From Candidatus Krumholzibacteriota bacterium (GTDB lineage: Bacteria; Krumholzibacteriota; Krumholzibacteriia; LZORAL124-64-63), in assembly GCA_039714075.1 (NCBI GenBank), contig JBDLKA010000111.1, positions 1 to 11,223 on the forward strand: a DNA stretch of 11,223 nucleotides, in the 5' to 3' direction. The notes under the pieces are model-generated. The model was not told the origin of the DNA and did no database searches. It was given only the letters and a program-made list of their open reading frames with translations. The stretch's first letter is position 1. Each line of letters starts with the position of its first letter. Both the position numbers and the translations under genes were made by a program. Positions 7,154-11,223 of this stretch are shown here, piece by piece.

Positions 7154-8386
7154 TCAAGGCATCCGGTACAGCACCACCTCGAGCGGCTCGGCGTCCTCGA
7201 GGTCGTCCTCTTCCTCTTCGTCATCCCCGAAGCCCGCGAACATGGACTCCTGGGCCTGATCGAAGTTGCGGATCACCAGGAAATTCACCCCGTCCATGAA
7301 GAGCAGGCGGTCCCTGTCGGCCACGAATCCGGGCACGGTCAGGGTGAGTTGCTCGACGAACTTCCCTGCGGCGGAAATCACGTCGAACCGGCCTGCGGTC
7401 CCGTCCTCCAGCAGTTCCTCCTGGTCGAAACAGGTGAGCACGAACAGCCGGCCGTCGTCGGCCACGTCCAACCCCATGATCGCCGGGTCGTTGTCCAGAG
7501 CCTTGCTCTCGATTTCCTGCCGGACGCCGTTCATGACGATGACCATGCCGTCGGTCAGGGCCTGCTTGTCCCCGTCTTCGCGCCGGCGGGGCTTGAATTC
7601 GCGGGTCATGACCCGGACCAATTCGCCGTCCAGGCCGCGGGCGTTGATGACGTATTCATCGCGTACCGGGGTGGTGTACAGGACCCCGTTTCCCCCGGCG
7701 CCCCATTCCTTCAACTCGGAGAACTCGGCTGCTTCGTCGAAGACCCGCCGCTGCATGTCGCTTTCCTGGGAGTGTTCCACAATGACGACCTCATCGGCGC
7801 CCTCGAGATCCATGATGGCCAGGGTGCTGCTCGTGACGCTCTTGCCGGATTCCATGTCAAAGGTCGCGCGGCCCCTGCGTCCCACCAGATGGTTGCCGCA
7901 CCTGGTCAGTCCGCGCACGAAGTTGAAGCCGCCGTCCTCGGGCTTGCCGCCGATGTGGATTTCTCCGCCGGGCGTGTCGTCGGGATTGAGGACGATGACC
8001 TTGCCGGGAAAGCCCTGGATGGCGCCGACCTTGCCGTCATCGAGAACGAGGAGTCCGTGGGGCTGGTTCAGCTCACCGGGACCTTCGCCCTGGCGGCCGA
8101 GGGTCGTCACCAGTTCACCATCGGGCGAAATGACCAGGATCTGGGAAAGCTGACGGTCGATGAGGTACACGTTGCCGTCCGGGCCGACCTTTCCGTCGAA
8201 AATGACGCCGAGAAGAATTTCTTCATCATCCTCGCCGCCGATGCGCCACTGCTCCACCAGCTCGATCGAACGGGTGGACGGAGGGTCGGTGGGCAGGGTG
8301 ACGGCGGCCGGTTCGGCCAAGGCCACGGCGGCGGTCATGATCAACAGGAATATCAAGGCCAGGCGGCCGGCAATATCAAATTTCAC
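7154..8386 (-). CDS. Exported NHL-like / 6-bladed beta-propeller protein (410 aa)
   Basis: GTG start at 8386 after GGGAG. Signal peptide ends AAVALA-EP. Motifs WRIGGEDD, GPDGNVYLID, LGRQGEGPGELNQP and VADDGRLFV. Acidic C-terminal tail. The track start at 8665 overlaps the neighbouring gene and its terminator. Confidence 0.82.
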   Translation of the reverse strand: MKFDIAGRLALIFLLIMTAAVALAEPAAVTLPTDPPSTRSIELVEQWRIGGEDDEEILLGVIFDGKVGPDGNVYLIDRQLSQILVISPDGELVTTLGRQGEGPGELNQPHGLLVLDDGKVGAIQGFPGKVIVLNPDDTPGGEIHIGGKPEDGGFNFVRGLTRCGNHLVGRRGRATFDMESGKSVTSSTLAIMDLEGADEVVIVEHSQESDMQRRVFDEAAEFSELKEWGAGGNGVLYTTPVRDEYVINARGLDGELVRVMTREFKPRRREDGDKQALTDGMVIVMNGVRQEIESKALDNDPAIMGLDVADDGRLFVLTCFDQEELLEDGTAGRFDVISAAGKFVEQLTLTVPGFVADRDRLLFMDGVNFLVIRNFDQAQESMFAGFGDDEEEEDDLEDAEPLEVVLYRMP

Positions 8387-8432
8387 AGGATTCTCCCTGG
8401 AACGTAATTGTTGGTCGGTGGATTCGACCGGA

Positions 8433-8449
8433 AGCAATGGACAAGCCAC
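8433..8449 (-). promoter_or_regulatory. Candidate sigma54 (-24/-12) promoter
   Basis: The minus strand reads GTGGCTTGTCCATTGCT = TGGC-N7-TTGCT, with exact GG-N10-GC spacing, about 47 nt before the GTG start. It lacks the usual CAC after TGG. Confidence 0.4.
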
Positions 8450-8478
8450 AAATCCAAGCCAAACAGCGGCGCGGGTTA

Positions 8479-8504
8479 TTACGCTGATGATGACCGATGG
8501 TTCC
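8479..8504 (-). promoter_or_regulatory. Candidate ECF-sigma promoter
   Basis: The minus strand reads GGAAC-N16-CGTAA immediately after the upstream terminator. Confidence 0.45.
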
Positions 8505-8510
8505 GGTAAT

Positions 8511-8546
8511 GAAAAGAAAAACCCCCGCGAACCAGGTCCGCGGGGG
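8511..8546 (-). terminator. Intrinsic terminator of the porin-like gene
   Basis: The minus strand reads CCCCCGCGGA-CCTGG-TTCGCGGGGG followed by TTTTTCTTTT, about 25 nt after the stop at 8571. Confidence 0.85.
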
Positions 8547-8570
8547 CGCAGCAGCAGATAAGGCGAAGAA

Positions 8571-9347
8571 TCAGAATTCGAATCCCGCGGCGATGCCCCA
8601 GACGACGTTTTCACTCTTGCCGTAATAAAGCAGCTCGTCGTTGTCGAGCGCCGTCTCGGCATCACCGAGCAGCGAGGTGTAGGTCACGCTGGGGGCGATG
8701 GTAAACAAGGGAACGGGGTGGAAGGGCAGCGAGGCGCGCACGTGGTAATCGGCCGGGGAGGCGCCGAGGTCCGGATTGGGGACCAGCAGCATTTCGCCGA
8801 AGTAACCGTTGATGTAGCTCTCCGAGCCCATGCCCAGACCCGCGGCCAGGTTGAGGGTCGCGGTCTCACCCAGGGCGAAGTCGTGGTTGACGCTGGCTTC
8901 CCAGTAGGTGCCCTTGACTTCGTCGATGTCGAAATAGACGGCCAGGCTGGGCGACAGCAGAACCCCGGCCTCGGCGGAGAGGTAGAACTCCGTGGTGCCG
9001 GCGCCGTCGATTTCGGGGAAGGTGTAGAAAATGAATCCCGTGCCCAGTTCGACGAGCGGCAGCTCGAGTTCATAACCCAGGAAGTAATCGACCTCGCTGA
9101 ATTTTCCACTGTCCCCATTGATGTCGGTCAGGTCCAGGTTGCCCCAGACGCCGAGCTCGAAACCGAACAGGCCGACTTCGATGCTGGGCTGCAGGACCGC
9201 ATCGTCCACGAGGTTCATCCCCCGCCAGACGTATTTGGTGTAGTAGGGCAGTTCGGCTTCGATATCCAGCGGTCCGAGGGCCAAGGCGGGCGCCGTGGCG
9301 CCGACGGCCAGCAGGCCTGTCAGGGCGATCAACAGAAGCTTTTTCAT
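8571..9347 (-). CDS. Outer-membrane beta-barrel, TorF/Gcw_chp-like putative porin
   Basis: TAAGGAG RBS, signal peptide MKKLLLIALTGLLAVGATAPALA, TKYVWRG...VLQP motif, GVWGN, EVDY, alternating amphipathic strands, C-terminal GFEF (terminal Phe). Confidence 0.8.
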   Translation of the reverse strand: MKKLLLIALTGLLAVGATAPALALGPLDIEAELPYYTKYVWRGMNLVDDAVLQPSIEVGLFGFELGVWGNLDLTDINGDSGKFSEVDYFLGYELELPLVELGTGFIFYTFPEIDGAGTTEFYLSAEAGVLLSPSLAVYFDIDEVKGTYWEASVNHDFALGETATLNLAAGLGMGSESYINGYFGEMLLVPNPDLGASPADYHVRASLPFHPVPLFTIAPSVTYTSLLGDAETALDNDELLYYGKSENVVWGIAAGFEF

Positions 9348-9477
9348 TACATCTCCTTAAGGGCCGCGACCGGCGGCCGGGTTTTGCGGCGGAATCTCCA
9401 TATCCCGCCTTGGGGCGATGGTTTCCAGAAGTTTTCGGCCGGAAACGGCATTGGTCAAGTGATTTTGAAAAGATCGG

Positions 9478-9504
9478 TCAAGGTTTTTGCGGAACGGCCG
9501 AACT
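9478..9504 (+). promoter_or_regulatory. Candidate sigma28 (FliA-type) promoter for the HPt gene
   Basis: TCAAG-N14-GCCGAACT, compared with the FliA-type consensus TCAAG-N14 or TAAA-N15 followed by GCCGATAA. It lies about 60 nt before the start. Confidence 0.5.
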
Positions 9505-9562
9505 AGAGGGAAGGAGATAATGGGGTTGGAGAGAAGAATCGCCAAATGAGAGAGGAACCGTC

Positions 9563-9934
9563 GTGAGCAAGGAATTGAACCTTCCTGGAGCCGACATGCC
9601 CGTCATCGACGAATCGCGTCTGATGGCCGAATTCGGGGGAGACGAGGAAATCCTGCGGGAATTGCGTGATCTGTTTCTGGACCACGCGCCGCCTCTATAC
9701 AAGGCCATCAAGGAAGCCATCGCCACCGGCGATTGCGAACGCGTGGCCCGCGAGGCCCACAGTTTCAAGGGCGCCTGCGCCACCTACGGCGCGCCGCGTC
9801 TGGCCATGGTCTGCAAGGAATTCGAAATGCTGGCCAAGGAAGACGATCTGCCCACGGTCAGGGAAAACATCGCCCATCTGGAGATGGAGTACCACGCGGT
9901 CTTCGAGGCGATCGGCACCATCGGCGTCGCCTGA
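9563..9934 (+). CDS. Stand-alone HPt (histidine phosphotransfer) protein
   Basis: FGGDEEILRELRDLFL...AREAHSFKGACATYGA..L...C..FE is the HPt signature with the phospho-His in HxxKG. Start is GTG 9563 (GAGAGG) or ATG 9596 (GGAG). Confidence 0.92.
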   Translation: MSKELNLPGADMPVIDESRLMAEFGGDEEILRELRDLFLDHAPPLYKAIKEAIATGDCERVAREAHSFKGACATYGAPRLAMVCKEFEMLAKEDDLPTVRENIAHLEMEYHAVFEAIGTIGVA

Positions 9935-9967
9935 TAGAAATCGATTCGCCCAGGGGATTGGGCTGAT

Positions 9968-10001
9968 ACCCGGATCACTGTTTGGTGGTCCGGGTTTTTT
10001 T
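9968..10001 (+). terminator. Intrinsic terminator after the HPt gene
   Basis: ACCCGGATCAC-TGTTTG-GTGGTCCGGGT stem-loop followed by a T run. Confidence 0.85.
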
Positions 10002-10006
10002 GTCCC

Positions 10007-10894
10007 CTAGATGCCTTCGTCCTGCGACTCGTCCGGCGCTCCCGGCACGCCGGGAAACTTGGGCGCTTCCAGTTTTCTCAGAATCCGCCGGCAGAACATG
10101 TGGTAGATGTGCGTCTCCCAGTTGACGATCCCCGCCCGCATATGCATTTGCCGCAGGTAGGTCATGAACTTGATGGTCTCGGCCCCGGTGTAGCCGACCG
10201 CATCCATGGTGTGCGCCAGGTGCGCGTACATGTTGTCCAGTTCGGTCTGGGTGGGCACCCTGGTGGTGCGGTGGGGATGGCGCACGCGCATTTCCGGCCG
10301 CCGAACCCCCGGTGCGATGTAGTTGCGCGGCTGACCCGAGCTGTCCGGAGCCTCAGCCCGCTGCATGGCCTGCCGGATTTCCCAGCTGTAGAGCATCACC
10401 GCCTGGGCCAGGTTGAGAGAGGGCTGCTCGGGATCGGTGTCGACGGTGGACAGGTAGCGGCAGATGTCGGCCTCGTCGTTGGTCAGCCCCGTGCGCTCGG
10501 TCCCGTACATGATGACGACCTTGCCCGACCGGCTGTGGTCGGCGATGTGGTCGGACAGGTTCGCCGGCGTCAGCAGGGCGCGCTTGCGCAGCTGCCGCAT
10601 GCGGGCGGTGGTGCCGGTGACCAGCAGGGCGTCGCCGATGGCCTCCTGCAGGGTGTCGACCACCTGCGCGTTCTCGAGGATGTCCTCGGCCCCGTGGGCC
10701 AGCGCCCGGGCGCTGCGCCCCTTGGGGTTCAAGGGGTCGATCAGCCTGAGGTGTTTCAGACCCATGGTTTTCATGGCGCGGCAGGCGGCGCCGATGTTCA
10801 TCGGTTCGGTGGTGCGGCTCAGTACGACGACCACGTTGTCCAGGTTGGGGGCGCCCTGGCCGGATTCGATGGTTTCGGAGGTGTTCTCGTTCAC
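10007..10894 (-). CDS. trmJ: SPOUT RNA methyltransferase, TrmJ/LasT family
   Basis: Motifs VVVL...PMNIGAACRAMKTMG...LRLIDP, GTTAR, YGTERTGLTNDE and PSLNLAQAVMLYSWE, plus a helical C-terminal domain. Confidence 0.85.
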   Translation of the reverse strand: MNENTSETIESGQGAPNLDNVVVVLSRTTEPMNIGAACRAMKTMGLKHLRLIDPLNPKGRSARALAHGAEDILENAQVVDTLQEAIGDALLVTGTTARMRQLRKRALLTPANLSDHIADHSRSGKVVIMYGTERTGLTNDEADICRYLSTVDTDPEQPSLNLAQAVMLYSWEIRQAMQRAEAPDSSGQPRNYIAPGVRRPEMRVRHPHRTTRVPTQTELDNMYAHLAHTMDAVGYTGAETIKFMTYLRQMHMRAGIVNWETHIYHMFCRRILRKLEAPKFPGVPGAPDESQDEGI

Positions 10895-11052
10895 GGTTCC
10901 AGGCTCACACGGGTTGGGGTTGGTGTTGAGGTCATCATGTGATTTTACCGGGGAAAACTCAAAGAAAATGATGGTCGCGGGAGATCGAGGCCGCCGGGTT
11001 GTTGATCAATGATACGACGATCGGGCAAGGTTGCCTTGACCCGGCATCCAGG

Positions 11053-11077
11053 TGCAAAGAAGGCCCCCCGGGGGGCC
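11053..11077. repeat. Palindromic intergenic repeat, copy 4 (core 11062-11077); terminator-like on the minus strand
   Basis: The minus strand reads GGCCCCCCGGGGGGCCTTCTTTGCA, starting 27 nt after the stop at 11105-11107. Confidence 0.85.
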
Positions 11078-11104
11078 CTCCTCGCAGGTTCATGGAGCCG
11101 GAAA

Positions 11105-11221
11105 TTATTTCAGCAGCGTCAGTTTTCCCACCCGTTTCTGGTCTCCCGCGTTGAACCGGTAGAAATAAACCCCGGACGAGGCGGCCCGCCCTCCGGCGTC
11201 GCGCCCGTCCCACACCTGTTT
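11105..11221 (-). CDS. 3' end (partial) of a second protein with a C-terminal FlgD-Ig-like domain
   Basis: Not in the ORF track. The minus strand reads KQVWDGRDAGGRAASSGVYFYRFNAGDQKRVGKLTLLK*, the classic WDG.D..G....SGVYFY...K..LLK terminus. Confidence 0.88.
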   Translation of the reverse strand, partial: KQVWDGRDAGGRAASSGVYFYRFNAGDQKRVGKLTLLK

Positions 11222-11223
11222 GT

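Noticed and set aside
7266..8407. 295-aa and 352-aa plus-strand ORFs
   Set aside because: Antisense to the propeller gene, which has an RBS, a signal peptide and family motifs; these ORFs have none.
8387..8665. N-terminal extension of the 503-aa ORF in the track
   Set aside because: It overlaps the porin 3' end and its terminator. The real start is probably GTG 8386, with an RBS and signal peptide.
8718..9506. 262-aa plus-strand ORF
   Set aside because: Antisense shadow of the porin gene.
10100..11012. 280-aa and 182-aa plus-strand ORFs
   Set aside because: Antisense shadows of trmJ.
10959..11213. 84-aa minus-strand ORF
   Set aside because: Wrong frame. The convincing reading is the FlgD-Ig terminus ending at 11105, and this ORF runs through the repeat and intergenic DNA.

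Overview
GC-rich bacterial window. Bases 1-3207 hold the late part of a quinone (probably futalosine-type menaquinone) operon: 3' end of ubiD/mqnL, ubiE/menG, ubiX/mqnM, an extra class I SAM methyltransferase and ubiA/mqnP. Next come mostly exported or envelope proteins: an acetolactate-decarboxylase-fold putative lipoprotein, a 943-aa Asp-box + FG-GAP + FlgD-Ig protein, an exported beta-propeller and a TorF/Gcw_chp-like porin. A stand-alone HPt protein, a TrmJ-family methyltransferase and the 3' end of a second FlgD-Ig protein follow. The gene content suggests an FCB-related lineage such as Krumholzibacteriota, Latescibacterota or Eisenbacteria (inference only). The most striking unexplained feature is the loop-less palindrome GGCCCCCCGGGGGGCC, found four times, always intergenic and just after stop codons; two copies bracket the decarboxylase-fold gene as 25-bp inverted repeats. 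I also see candidate sigma28, sigma54 and ECF promoters, a candidate operator and a possible SD-sequestering switch. All calls come from reading motifs by eye; no database searches were run.
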